Source: Actinomycetota bacterium
Lineage (GTDB): Bacteria; Actinomycetota; UBA4738; HRBIN12
Length of the DNA: 64,000 bases
Reading direction: 5' to 3'
Assembly (NCBI GenBank): GCA_035762085.1
Contig: DASTPT010000094.1
Span: forward strand, 6,101-70,100
Shown here: piece after piece, positions 48,820 through 57,795 of the stretch
How positions within the stretch are numbered: the stretch's first letter is position 1
Layout of the letters: the number at the start of each line of letters is the position of its first letter
Position numbers and translations under genes: made by a program
Notes under the pieces: generated by a model
Seen by the model: only the letters and a program-made list of their open reading frames with translations
The model's database searches: none
Told to the model about the DNA's origin: nothing

Positions 48820-49742
48820 AGACCGCGACGCGCGAGCCGGTGGCGACCACGACGCCGACGACCCCGCGGTCCCACATCCCCTGGTTCGGCAACCCATGGC
48901 GCAAGCCGCGGATCCTCGAGGCGATCACGTGGGTCTACCTGGCGTGGTCCGTCCTGCCGGTCACGATCGCGGTCCTCTTCTCGTTCAACCAGGGGCGCTC
49001 GAGGAGCTCCTGGCAGGGGTTCTCACTCACGTGGTGGTGGGAGGATCCCTACGAGTCGCTGTTCAGGAACCCGCTCCTGCGACCCGCCATCTTCCAGAGC
49101 TTCCGCCTGGCGATCCTCACGACCCTGATCGCGGTGCCGATCGGGACGGCGTTCGCGATCGGACTCGACCGGTGGCGAGGCCGGCCGGCGACCGCGGCGA
49201 ACTTCAGCGTCCTCATGGCGTTCGTCGTGCCCGAGATCATCCTCGGGCTCGCGCTGTTCCTCTCGTTCGAGCACCTGCTGACCTTCATCCCCCTCGGGAC
49301 GGTCGCGCAGGTCATCGGGCTCGTCACGTGGCAGATCGCGTACGCCGTCATCATCGTTCGGGCGCGGTTATTGACCATCGGCCGGGAGTACGAGGAGGCG
49401 GCGATGGACCTCGGCGCGTCGCCGACGAAGTCGATCCGGCGCGTGCTCCTGCCGCTGCTCACCCCGGCGATGTTCGCCAGCGCGGCGATCGTCTTCGCGG
49501 ACTCGATCGACGACTTCGTCACCGTGCGATACCTCTCGGCGGCGTCGGATACCGAGCCGCTCTCGGTCAAGATCTACAACGCGGCGCGCGCGTCACCCAC
49601 GCCCGCGGTGAACGCGGCCGCGACGTTCATGTTGATCTCCACCTTCACGATCATCACGCTCGGCTTCATCGCGTACCGCGTCCTGACACGCGGCCAGCGC
49701 AGGGAGAGCGCGGTCAAGGAGTTCGTGTCGCTCGAGGTGTGA
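48816..49742 (+). CDS. ABC transporter permease (PotC-like)
   Basis: GTG start overlapping the PotB-like stop, and an EAA motif (EEAAMDLGASPTKSIRRVLLP). The track ORF from 48399 is chimeric. Confidence 0.85.
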   Translation: MKTATREPVATTTPTTPRSHIPWFGNPWRKPRILEAITWVYLAWSVLPVTIAVLFSFNQGRSRSSWQGFSLTWWWEDPYESLFRNPLLRPAIFQSFRLAILTTLIAVPIGTAFAIGLDRWRGRPATAANFSVLMAFVVPEIILGLALFLSFEHLLTFIPLGTVAQVIGLVTWQIAYAVIIVRARLLTIGREYEEAAMDLGASPTKSIRRVLLPLLTPAMFASAAIVFADSIDDFVTVRYLSAASDTEPLSVKIYNAARASPTPAVNAAATFMLISTFTIITLGFIAYRVLTRGQRRESAVKEFVSLEV

Positions 49743-49787
49743 TCCGCAGCGGCACCGCCGCGACCGAGCCGCGCCGCGGGCAGGTCG

Positions 49788-50915
49788 CTAGGTGGCGGCG
49801 AGCGGCTCCTCCATGGCGTGGAGCTCCTCGAGCGAGGCGGTCTCCATGAGCATGCGGAGCGCGTCGGCCGGCAGGTGCACCGTGATCGGCGTGCCCTGCT
49901 CGAACGGGACCCCGCTCCCCTCGTTCGGCATCCACGCCTGGAGGGTCTGGCCGGGCGGGAGGTGGACGATGATCTGGAGCGTCGAGCCCACGTAGACGAC
50001 GCGCTCGATCATCCCGGGGACGCGGTTCTCGCCCGTGGCGCCGTGGTCCTCGAGGCGGACGCGCTCGGGCCGGATCGTGACCTTGACGCTTCCGGTCGCG
50101 TCCGTGTCCCCCTTCGCGGCCACCAGCTCGAAATCGCCGATCCGCACCTTGCCTCGCCCGTCCTCGGTGCGACCGGCCGCGGCGGCGTCCATCAGGTTCG
50201 AGACGCCCAGGAAGTCGGCCACGTACGCCGTGGCCGGCTCCTCGTAGACCTCGCTCGGCGTGCCGACCTGCTCGACGCGGCCGTTACTCATCACGGCCAG
50301 CCGGTCGGACATCGTGAGCGCCTCCTCCTGGTCGTGCGTCACGTAGATGAACGTGATGCCGACCTCCTGTTGGAGGGACTTCAGCTCGATCTGCAGCGCC
50401 TTGCGCAGCTTGGCGTCCAGCGCGCCGAGCGGCTCGTCCAGGAGCAGTACGGCGGGGTTCAGGATCAAGGCTCGGGCGAGCGCCACCCGCTGCTGCTGCC
50501 CGCCCGAGAGCTGGGAGGGACGCCGTCGCTCGTACCCCTCCAGGCGGACCAGCGCCAGGGCGTCGGCGATCTTCTGCTTCGCCTCGGCCTTCGAGACCTC
50601 CTGGTAGCGGAGGCCGAACCCAACGTTGTCGGCCACCGACAGGTGCGGGAACAGCGCGTAGTTCTGGAAGACCGTGTTGACGTTGCGCTTGTGGGGCGGG
50701 GTGTGCGCCATGTCCACGCCATCGAGCAGGATCCGACCCTCGTCCGGCCGCTCGAACCCCGCGATGCACCGCAGGGTCGTGGTCTTCCCGCATCCCGAGG
50801 GCCCGAGCAGGGAGAAGAACTCGCCCGGGGGCATGTCCAGGTTGATCCCCGCGACCGCCGTGACGTCGGCGAAACGCTTCACCAGATCGACGAGGACGAC
50901 CTCTCCGCCAGCCAT
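49788..50915 (-). CDS. ABC transporter ATP-binding protein (PotA-like, with C-terminal TOBE/MOP domain)
   Basis: Walker [25 protein letters not shown], Walker [12 protein letters not shown], and a C-terminal regulatory beta-domain. The start is probably [11 protein letters not shown]. Confidence 0.9.
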   Translation of the reverse strand: MAGGEVVLVDLVKRFADVTAVAGINLDMPPGEFFSLLGPSGCGKTTTLRCIAGFERPDEGRILLDGVDMAHTPPHKRNVNTVFQNYALFPHLSVADNVGFGLRYQEVSKAEAKQKIADALALVRLEGYERRRPSQLSGGQQQRVALARALILNPAVLLLDEPLGALDAKLRKALQIELKSLQQEVGITFIYVTHDQEEALTMSDRLAVMSNGRVEQVGTPSEVYEEPATAYVADFLGVSNLMDAAAAGRTEDGRGKVRIGDFELVAAKGDTDATGSVKVTIRPERVRLEDHGATGENRVPGMIERVVYVGSTLQIIVHLPPGQTLQAWMPNEGSGVPFEQGTPITVHLPADALRMLMETASLEELHAMEEPLAAT

Positions 50916-50962
50916 GCAGGGCGCAGGATAGCGCACATCCTGCACGACCGTTCAAGGGCCGG

Positions 50963-52414
50963 CTATCCCTCCAGGGTCACGTGGACGTGCTTGGACTCGA
51001 GGTAGTCCTCGACGCCCTGCACCCCGAGCTCCCGGCCGATCCCCGAGCGCTTGTAGCCGCCCCACGGCGCCTCGACCGGCGCGGCCTGCGTGCCGTTGAT
51101 CCACACGGTGCCGACCCGCAGCGCGCGAGCGACCGTCAACGCCCTCGTGATGTCGTTCGTCCACACCGCCGCCGCCAGCCCGTACTCGTTGTCGTTCGAC
51201 ATCCGGACGACCTCCTCGACGTCCGAGAACGGGATCACGGTCATCACCGGGCCGAAGATCTCCTCGCGCGCGATCGTCGCGTCGTTCGTCGCGTCCGCGA
51301 AGATCGTCGGCGGCACCCAGTAGCCGTTCGCCAGGCGCGGGTCGGCGGGACGGTCGCCCTGCACCGCGAGCTTCGCCTCGTCCATGCCGATCTCGATGTA
51401 GCGCTCCACGCGGGTCCGCTGCTCCTTCGAGATCAGCGGCCCCATCGTGGTCTCCTCGTCGAACTGATCGCCAAGCTTCACGCTGTTCGTGCGCTCCACC
51501 ATCGCGGCGAGCGCGTCGTCGTAGATCGCCCGCTCGACGAAGACGCGCGTGCCGGCCGAGCAGTTCTCGCCCATGTTCCAGAAGACGCCGTTGCACGAGC
51601 CCTCGATCGCGGCCTCGAAGTCGGCGTCGGCGAACACGATGTTCGGCGACTTGCCGCCGAGCTCGAGCGTCACGCCCTTCAACGTGTCGGCGGCGTTCCG
51701 CATGATCAGCTGCCCGACCTCCTTCGAGCCCGTGAAGCCCACCTTGTCGACCTTCGGGCTCTCGACGAGCGGGGCGCCGGCCGTCTCGCCGAAACCGGTC
51801 ACCACGTTCAGGACGCCGGCGGGAAGACCGGCCTCCTCGAGGATCCTCGCGATCTCGAGCGAGGTGAGCGGCGTCTGCTCCGGCGGTTTGAGGACGAACG
51901 TGCACCCGGCGGCGATCGCCGGCGCCACCTTCTGCGCCGACATCATCATCGGGTAGTTCCACGGTGTGATGCCGGCCGCCACGCCCACCGGCTCCTTCAT
52001 CACGAACGACATCGCGTCCGGCCCGATCGGCAGGACGTCGCCGTGGATCTTCGTAGCCCAGCCGCCGAAGTACTCGAACATGTAGGCGACGTCGGCGATG
52101 TCGTCCCGCGCGTCGCCGATCGGCTTGCCGGCGTCGAGCGCCTCCAGCCGAGCTAGGCGCTCGAGGTCGCGATGCACGATCTGGGCCGCCCGGAGAAGGA
52201 TCCGGCCGCGCTCACGCTCCGACGTGCCCGGCCACCACGAGCCGCCGTCGAACGCGCGCCGGGCGGCGTCGATCGCCCGCTCGACATCCGCCCGCTTCGA
52301 GTCGGGGGCGGTGGCGATGACCTCCCCGGTGGCCGGATTGAACACATCCAGGCGGGCGCCGTCGTCGGCGTCCAGCCACCGGCCGTCGATGAAGTTCTGC
52401 AGCGCGTCCGCCAC
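50963..52414 (-). CDS. NAD(P)+-dependent aldehyde dehydrogenase
   Basis: 483 aa. Catalytic Cys in GENCSAGTR, Glu in TLELGGKSP, glycine motif GFTGS, GTG start. Confidence 0.9.
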   Translation of the reverse strand: MADALQNFIDGRWLDADDGARLDVFNPATGEVIATAPDSKRADVERAIDAARRAFDGGSWWPGTSERERGRILLRAAQIVHRDLERLARLEALDAGKPIGDARDDIADVAYMFEYFGGWATKIHGDVLPIGPDAMSFVMKEPVGVAAGITPWNYPMMMSAQKVAPAIAAGCTFVLKPPEQTPLTSLEIARILEEAGLPAGVLNVVTGFGETAGAPLVESPKVDKVGFTGSKEVGQLIMRNAADTLKGVTLELGGKSPNIVFADADFEAAIEGSCNGVFWNMGENCSAGTRVFVERAIYDDALAAMVERTNSVKLGDQFDEETTMGPLISKEQRTRVERYIEIGMDEAKLAVQGDRPADPRLANGYWVPPTIFADATNDATIAREEIFGPVMTVIPFSDVEEVVRMSNDNEYGLAAAVWTNDITRALTVARALRVGTVWINGTQAAPVEAPWGGYKRSGIGRELGVQGVEDYLESKHVHVTLEG

Positions 52415-52480
52415 GTTCTCCCCCTCCTCGGCTGACGTAGAGGGGGAGGGTACTACGAGCGACGCGGTGCCGTGGGGTCC

Positions 52481-52750
52481 CTAGGGCTCGTACGTGACCC
52501 ACTCACCGTCGAACCACTCGGGGTCCGCGTCCAGCAAGGCCCGGTACTTCATGTAATCGTCGTGCATCGCGGGATCGTCCGCGTTCTTCATGTACGACTC
52601 TCGGTCGTCGAAGTACACGACCATGAGGACCTCGTCCCGACCGTCGCTCGGGAACAGGAAGTGGGTCCCCCGGAAGCCCGGCGTCGTCCGGGCTCCGATC
52701 TCATCCATGACCGCTCGGAGCTCGTCGAACCGCTCCTGCTGGATCTTCAT
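52481..52750 (-). CDS. small hypothetical protein (ABM/Dabb-like fold suggested)
   Basis: 89 aa from MKIQQERFDELRAVMDEI. Codon third-position GC is typical of real genes here. The track ORF to 52939 is extended. Confidence 0.4.
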   Translation of the reverse strand: MKIQQERFDELRAVMDEIGARTTPGFRGTHFLFPSDGRDEVLMVVYFDDRESYMKNADDPAMHDDYMKYRALLDADPEWFDGEWVTYEP

Positions 52751-52849
52751 CCGTGCGACGGTCCCGTACACGACCCACCTCCCTCGCGGGCTCCGGCGAC
52801 GAGGGCGTGAGCATACGCCCGTCCGCGGTCCCGCGGGTACGCTCCCGAC

Positions 52850-53707
52850 GTGGAGCGGGCGTTCGACGTCGAGGCAAGCGGCGTCCGCCTGGCCGCGCGC
52901 GAGTGGCCGGGCGACGGCCGAGGCGTCCTGCTGCTCCACGGGCTCGCGTCCTCGTCACACATCTGGGACCTGGTCGCTCCACGGCTCGCGCCGACGTACC
53001 GCGTGGTCGCGTACGACCAGCGCGGACACGGACGCTCGGGGAAACCCTCCTTCGGCTACGGGTTCGAGCGCACGACCGCCGACGCGATCGCCGTGCTGCG
53101 TGCGGCCCGGCTTCGCCGACCGACCGTCGTCGGCCACTCGTGGGGTGCGAACGTGGCCCTCGAGCTCGCGGCGCGGTACCCGCAGCTCGTCGGGGGCACC
53201 GTCCTCGTCGACGGCGGGTTCCTGCGGCTCCGCGACCGGCTGGACTGGCCCGCGACGAAGGAGCGCCTCGCGCCGCCCGACCTGAGGGGCACGCCGGTCC
53301 ACGAGTTCCTCGAGATGACCCGCTACTTCCTCCACGGGCAGGTCGAGATCACGCCGGAGGTCGAGGCGGTGTTCCTCTCGCTCATGCGTATCGACGGCGA
53401 CGGCAACATCCACCCTCGCCTGTCCAGGGCGAACCACCTGCGGATCCTCCGTGCGCTCTGGGAGCAGGACACCCTGTCGCTCCTACGCCGGGTGCGCGTA
53501 CCCACGCTCGTGCTCGCCGTACGATCGCCGGGCGGCACCCCGGACTCGGCCGGCTTCATGCACGAGAAGGAGCGCGCGTCGGCGCACGTCCGCGCGATCG
53601 GCGAGCCGGTGCGCTTCGAGTGGATCGACGGGATCCACGACGTCCCCCTCCAGCGCCCGAGGGCGCTCGCCTCACGGATCGCCCGGTTCGCCGGCTCGGT
53701 CGGCTAG
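52850..53707 (+). CDS. alpha/beta hydrolase
   Basis: HGLASSSHIW, nucleophile elbow GHSWG, ending with Asp/His in DGIHDVPLQRP. Confidence 0.85.
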   Translation: MERAFDVEASGVRLAAREWPGDGRGVLLLHGLASSSHIWDLVAPRLAPTYRVVAYDQRGHGRSGKPSFGYGFERTTADAIAVLRAARLRRPTVVGHSWGANVALELAARYPQLVGGTVLVDGGFLRLRDRLDWPATKERLAPPDLRGTPVHEFLEMTRYFLHGQVEITPEVEAVFLSLMRIDGDGNIHPRLSRANHLRILRALWEQDTLSLLRRVRVPTLVLAVRSPGGTPDSAGFMHEKERASAHVRAIGEPVRFEWIDGIHDVPLQRPRALASRIARFAGSVG

Positions 53708-53771
53708 GCTAGCGAGGCGCGCTCACGCGTACCAGACAGTAGCGCGTGCCGGAACGGGGCAGCGCCCGTAC

Positions 53772-54065
53772 GATGGCTGGGTGATCACGTTCATCGTCGT
53801 CCTGCTCCTGCTCGCCGCGATCTTCGGCGTGCTCGGCGCGGTCCTGAAGATCGCGCTCGCGCTCGTCCTGGCGATCGCGCTCACCGTCGCGGTCCTCGCG
53901 TGGGGCGGGTGGCTCTGGCTGAAGCACCGGGTCAGAGCGCTGGACCGAGAGCTGGACCGCGAGCGAGAGCTGGAGGAGCGGCGACGGCGAGCGATCGACG
54001 TCCGGCGCGTCCCGAACGAAGCCGAGCGCGCAGAGCCCCTCGAGCTCCCCGGCGACGCGCCCTAG
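53772..54065 (+). CDS. small hypothetical membrane protein
   Basis: GTG start. One or two TM helices (VITFIVVLLLLAAIFGVLGAVLKIALALVLAIALTVAVLAWGGWLWL), then a charged Arg/Glu-rich tail. Third-position GC bias is strong. Confidence 0.4.
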   Translation, partial: DGWVITFIVVLLLLAAIFGVLGAVLKIALALVLAIALTVAVLAWGGWLWLKHRVRALDRELDRERELEERRRRAIDVRRVPNEAERAEPLELPGDAP

Positions 54066-54532
54066 CGTTCCCCCGCCCCTGCCCGCCGGACGATCCGCTC
54101 GCGGTACCGTCCGGGTGCGTCCCCGATCATCCGTCGCACAGACCCGCGTGGGCGACCGGCGTCCTCCCGACGGTCCCCCGTCTCCAGGCCCCACGCGGCG
54201 GCGCGGACCAGCGGGAACCGGACCGGCTCGGGCGGCGCGAGCGCGATCTCGCGGCCGACGACCGGCATCGAGCTCCACTCGTCCCGGGAACCGAGGACGA
54301 GGGAGGCCAGGATCCGGCCGCCGAGCTTCGTCTGCGCCAGCCCGTGCCCCGAGAAGCCCAGCCCCGCGTGCACGGTGCCGGGCTCGAGCGTCCGGAAGAA
54401 CGGGAGGAACCACGCGGTGTGGTCGATCGGGCCGCCCCACGCGTGGGTGAAACGGACGCCCTCGAGCTGTGGGAACAGCCACAGGAGCCCGCGGTCGCCG
54501 CCGGGCCGGGGGACGTCCGGGCCCGGACGCAT
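54062..54532 (-). pseudogene. C-terminal remnant (about 155 aa) of a DAO-family FAD-dependent oxidoreductase, third paralog of 14666..17523
   Basis: Aligns to the last third of the tandem paralogs (LLWLFPQLEGVRFTHAWGGPIDHTAWFLPFF...GLGFSGHGLAQTKLGGRILASL...FPPEPVR). No FAD-binding N-terminus exists; the DUF3054 gene on the same strand occupies the upstream position. Confidence 0.55.
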
Positions 54533-54936
54533 CACACGGGCTCTCGCGGAGCGGCCGGCTGCCGGACGAGCGACGCGCCCGCGAGGATCGCACGTCCCGC
54601 GACCAGGAACACGAGCGTGAAGCCCATCGCGATCGCGCCGAACTCGAGCAGCCCCTCCCCCCAGGGGCCGCCACGGATCACGGAACGGCCGACCAGCCCG
54701 AGCGGCACCGCGATCAGCCAGGTCACGAGCATCGTTGCCCAACCCACCCGCCGGTACGTGCCGACGAGCAACGCGACCAGGAACCACGCCAGGAGCAGCG
54801 GGGCCCCGGTCCGCAGGATGCCGGCGAGCGCGAGGCCCCCGTGCTGGATCACGCCCACGATGACGAAGGCGACGAGCGCGACCGCGTCGATCGCGGCCGC
54901 GGCGCGCCGGAAGGGGCGGGCAGCCGAGCGGGCCAC
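54532..54936 (-). CDS. DUF3054-like small membrane protein
   Basis: About 134 aa, four TM helices (AIDAVALVAFVIVGVIQHGG...). The start is uncertain; the track ORF extends to 55014. Confidence 0.5.
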   Translation of the reverse strand: MARSAARPFRRAAAAIDAVALVAFVIVGVIQHGGLALAGILRTGAPLLLAWFLVALLVGTYRRVGWATMLVTWLIAVPLGLVGRSVIRGGPWGEGLLEFGAIAMGFTLVFLVAGRAILAGASLVRQPAAPREPV

Positions 54937-55023
54937 GGCCCCATCCTCCCAGACGGTGGAACCGCGCGGCCCATGAGAACGTCGTGCAAGGGATGGACGC
55001 CGACGGCCGCACACGGCACCATG

Positions 55024-56105
55024 TGCCGGTGACCCGTGGACTTCCCCGCCGGGCCGCCCTCGGTGCGGCCGTTTTCCTCGTCGCCTGCTCCGCTCCGGTC
55101 CTCGTCGCCGCCGAGCTCGAGGACCGCCCGGCTCCGATCGCGATCTCGGTCGATGGGGTGGAGGTCCTCGTCGACCACGACGCGACCTTCGGCGTCGTGA
55201 TCCGCGAGCGCTCGCTCCGCGCGCCCGACGGCCGGCTGCTCGACGTCGAGGGAGGCGTGCTCGACCCGCACGCCGACCCCGGACGCATCTGGCTGAACGG
55301 GGCCCCGGCCGGCCGCGCGACGCCGCTGTCGACCGACGACGCGATCGTCGTCGTCCCGGGGACGGACCGGACCGAAGGCACCGAGCGGCTCGTCGAGCAG
55401 CTCCCCGGCCGCCAGCTGCTGAACCCGATGCGCACCCTCGCGACGTCGCGCATGCAGCGCGTCACGACGGTCGGGCGGGTCTCCGGGATCGTGACCGACG
55501 TCCGGTACCGGCCGATCGGCAACGCGCAGGAGCCGCCCGCCGTCGCGCTGACCTTCGATGACGGCCCCTGGCCGAACGGAACCGTTCGCGTGCTGCGCAT
55601 CCTGCGGCGCATGGACGCGGAGGCGACCTTCTTCATGGTCGGGTACCTGATCGAGCGCTACCCGGAGATCGTGGAGCGGGTACGGCGTGCCGGCATGACG
55701 ATCGGAACGCACTCGTGGGTGCACCCCTACGTGACGTCCTTCGTGGACCTGCGTCCCCATCGTCAGGAGACCGAGATCGCGCGCCCCGCCGACCTGCTCC
55801 GCACCCGGTTCGGAGTGACGCCGACGCTGTTCCGACCCCCGGGCGGGAGCTTCGACGAAGCGGTCGTCCGCATGGCCGACCAGAGCGGGATGCGGGTCGT
55901 CCAGTGGGACGTGGATCCGCACGACTACCGGAGCGGAGCCAGGCCGAGGGCGATCGCGAAGTCCGTGCTCAGCTCGGTCCGGCCGGGCTCGATCGTGCTG
56001 CTCCACGACGGCGGCGGCGATCCGAGCGCCACGATCCGCGCGCTGCCGAGGATCATCCGCGGGATCCGGCGCATGGGCCTCGAGCCGGTGGCCATCGAGG
56101 GCTGA
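55024..56105 (+). CDS. polysaccharide deacetylase (NodB-homology, CE4) family protein, secreted
   Basis: Signal peptide. NodB motifs TFDDGP, HSWVHP, LLHDGGGD. The start is approximate; the track gives 54984. Confidence 0.8.
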
Positions 56106-56110
56106 ACCCC

Positions 56111-56794
56111 GTGGAGCTCGACGAGGTCCTCGCCGAGCTGCGACACGCGGCCGACCCGACCCGGCTGACCGGTATGGCGCGCTACGGCATCGCGACCGAC
56201 TCGGCGCTCGGCGTCACGGTGTCCGAGCTCCGAGCGATCGCACGCCGGATCGGACGCGATCATGCGCTCGCGTCCGCCCTGTGGGACACGGGGATCCACG
56301 AGGCGCGGATCCTCGCGACGATCGTCGACGAGCCCGAGCGCGTGACCGAGGCGCAGGCGGAGTCCTGGGTCGCCGACGTCCGCTCCTGGGACCTGTGCGA
56401 CGGCCTCTGCGGCAACCTCCTGGACCGCACACCCTTCGCGCTCGACAAGGCCGTCGAGTGGAGCGCGCGCGACGAGGAGTTCGTGAGGCGGGCGGGCTTC
56501 GTCCTGATCGCCACCAGCGCGGTCCACCGCAGGGACCTGCCGGACGAGCGCTTCGACGTGCTCCTGCCGACGATCCGTGCCGGCGCGACCGACGACCGCA
56601 ACGCGGTGAAGAAGGCGGTGTCGTGGGCGCTGCGCCAGATCGGCAAACGGAGTCCCGGGCTCCATGCCCGGGCGGTCGAGACGGCCGAGGAGATCCGCGG
56701 GATCGGATCGCGGCCGGCGCGTTGGATCGCGTCCGACGTCCTGCGCGAGCTCCGGAGCGACGCGGTCCTCGGACGGTTGGAGCCGTCCGGCTAG
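56111..56794 (+). CDS. DNA alkylation repair enzyme (AlkD-like HEAT-repeat glycosylase family)
   Basis: About 228 aa from the GTG at 56111. DNA_alkylation family pattern (LRHAADPTRLTGMARYGIATDSALGVTVSELRAIARRIGRDHALA..LW.TGIHEARILAT). Confidence 0.7.
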   Translation: MELDEVLAELRHAADPTRLTGMARYGIATDSALGVTVSELRAIARRIGRDHALASALWDTGIHEARILATIVDEPERVTEAQAESWVADVRSWDLCDGLCGNLLDRTPFALDKAVEWSARDEEFVRRAGFVLIATSAVHRRDLPDERFDVLLPTIRAGATDDRNAVKKAVSWALRQIGKRSPGLHARAVETAEEIRGIGSRPARWIASDVLRELRSDAVLGRLEPSG

Positions 56795-57729
56795 AGGGTC
56801 AGGAGCGCCGGCGCGAGCTCGCGCAGCTGCGCGAGGCACACGTCGTTCTCGTCGTCCGAGACGACCTGGACGCAGACGTGGTCGGCGCCCGCATCCAGGT
56901 GCGCGCGCACGCGCGTCGCGATCCGGTCGGCGTCGCCCCACGCGACGAGCGCGTCGATGATCGCGTCGCTCCCCTGACCGCCGATGTCCGCGTCCGACCA
57001 CCCCATCCGCCGCAGGTTGTTCGCGTAGTTCGTCGTCTGCAGGTAGTGGACCGCGAACCGGCGCGCCACGCGGCGGGCCTCGGCCGGGTCGGCCTCGAGG
57101 ACCGCGGTCTGCTCGACGGCGAGCACGGGCTCCGGTCCGAGGCGCTTGCGCGCGAAGGCCGTGTGCTCGACCGGCACGAAGTACGGGTGCGCCCCAAGCG
57201 CGCGCTCGGCCGCCAGCTCGAGCATCCGCGGACCGAGCGCGGCGAGCACCCGTCGCGGCTCCGCCTCCGGCTCGAGCGCCGAGGACGCGGCGCGGTCCAT
57301 CGCGTCGAGGTAGTCGCGCATCTTCCCCCACGGCCGCTCGTAGCGGCCGCCGCGGCGCGAGACCGACGGCGAGTGGCTCACGCCGAGCCCGAGCAGGAAC
57401 CGGTTCGGGTAGGCGTCGGTGAGCATCCGCCAACCGTTCGCCATCGCGACGGGGTCCCGGGCCCAGATGTTCGCGATGCCGGTCGCGATCACGGCGCGCT
57501 CCGTGGAGCCGAGCAGCCAGGCCGAGTGGCTGAACGCCTCGCGGCTGGTGACGCTCTCGGGGATCCAGATCGCCGGGTAGCCGAGCGACTCGATCTGCCC
57601 GGCCGCCTCTCGTTCCTCCGCGGCCGTCTGCGCCTCGAGCGAGAAGCTCCACACGCCCACGCGCCCGAGCGCCGAGCGGAGCGCCTCGCGCTCCTCACGC
57701 ATGCCGAGACCGACCTGCTCCTCCACCAC
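56791..57729 (-). CDS. LLM-class (luciferase-like) F420-dependent oxidoreductase
   Basis: 312 aa. Luciferase-like monooxygenase fold and motifs typical of the TIGR03620-type F420-dependent oxidoreductase group (GLGVSH..., WGDADRIATRVRAHLDAGADHVCVQV). Confidence 0.75.
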   Translation of the reverse strand: MVEEQVGLGMREEREALRSALGRVGVWSFSLEAQTAAEEREAAGQIESLGYPAIWIPESVTSREAFSHSAWLLGSTERAVIATGIANIWARDPVAMANGWRMLTDAYPNRFLLGLGVSHSPSVSRRGGRYERPWGKMRDYLDAMDRAASSALEPEAEPRRVLAALGPRMLELAAERALGAHPYFVPVEHTAFARKRLGPEPVLAVEQTAVLEADPAEARRVARRFAVHYLQTTNYANNLRRMGWSDADIGGQGSDAIIDALVAWGDADRIATRVRAHLDAGADHVCVQVVSDDENDVCLAQLRELAPALLTL

Positions 57730-57795
57730 GAGCGGACACTATCAGAGACGTCGGAGGGGACCGAAGCCCCCTCCGACGCAACCGCGTTGACGAGA

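Noticed and set aside
49743-49787. Possible terminator hairpins in the convergent potC-like/potA-like gap
   Set aside because: Only short (5-6 bp) GC stems with long loops (GCGGC-ACC-GCCGC; GCGACC-N17-GGTCGC). Too weak to call.
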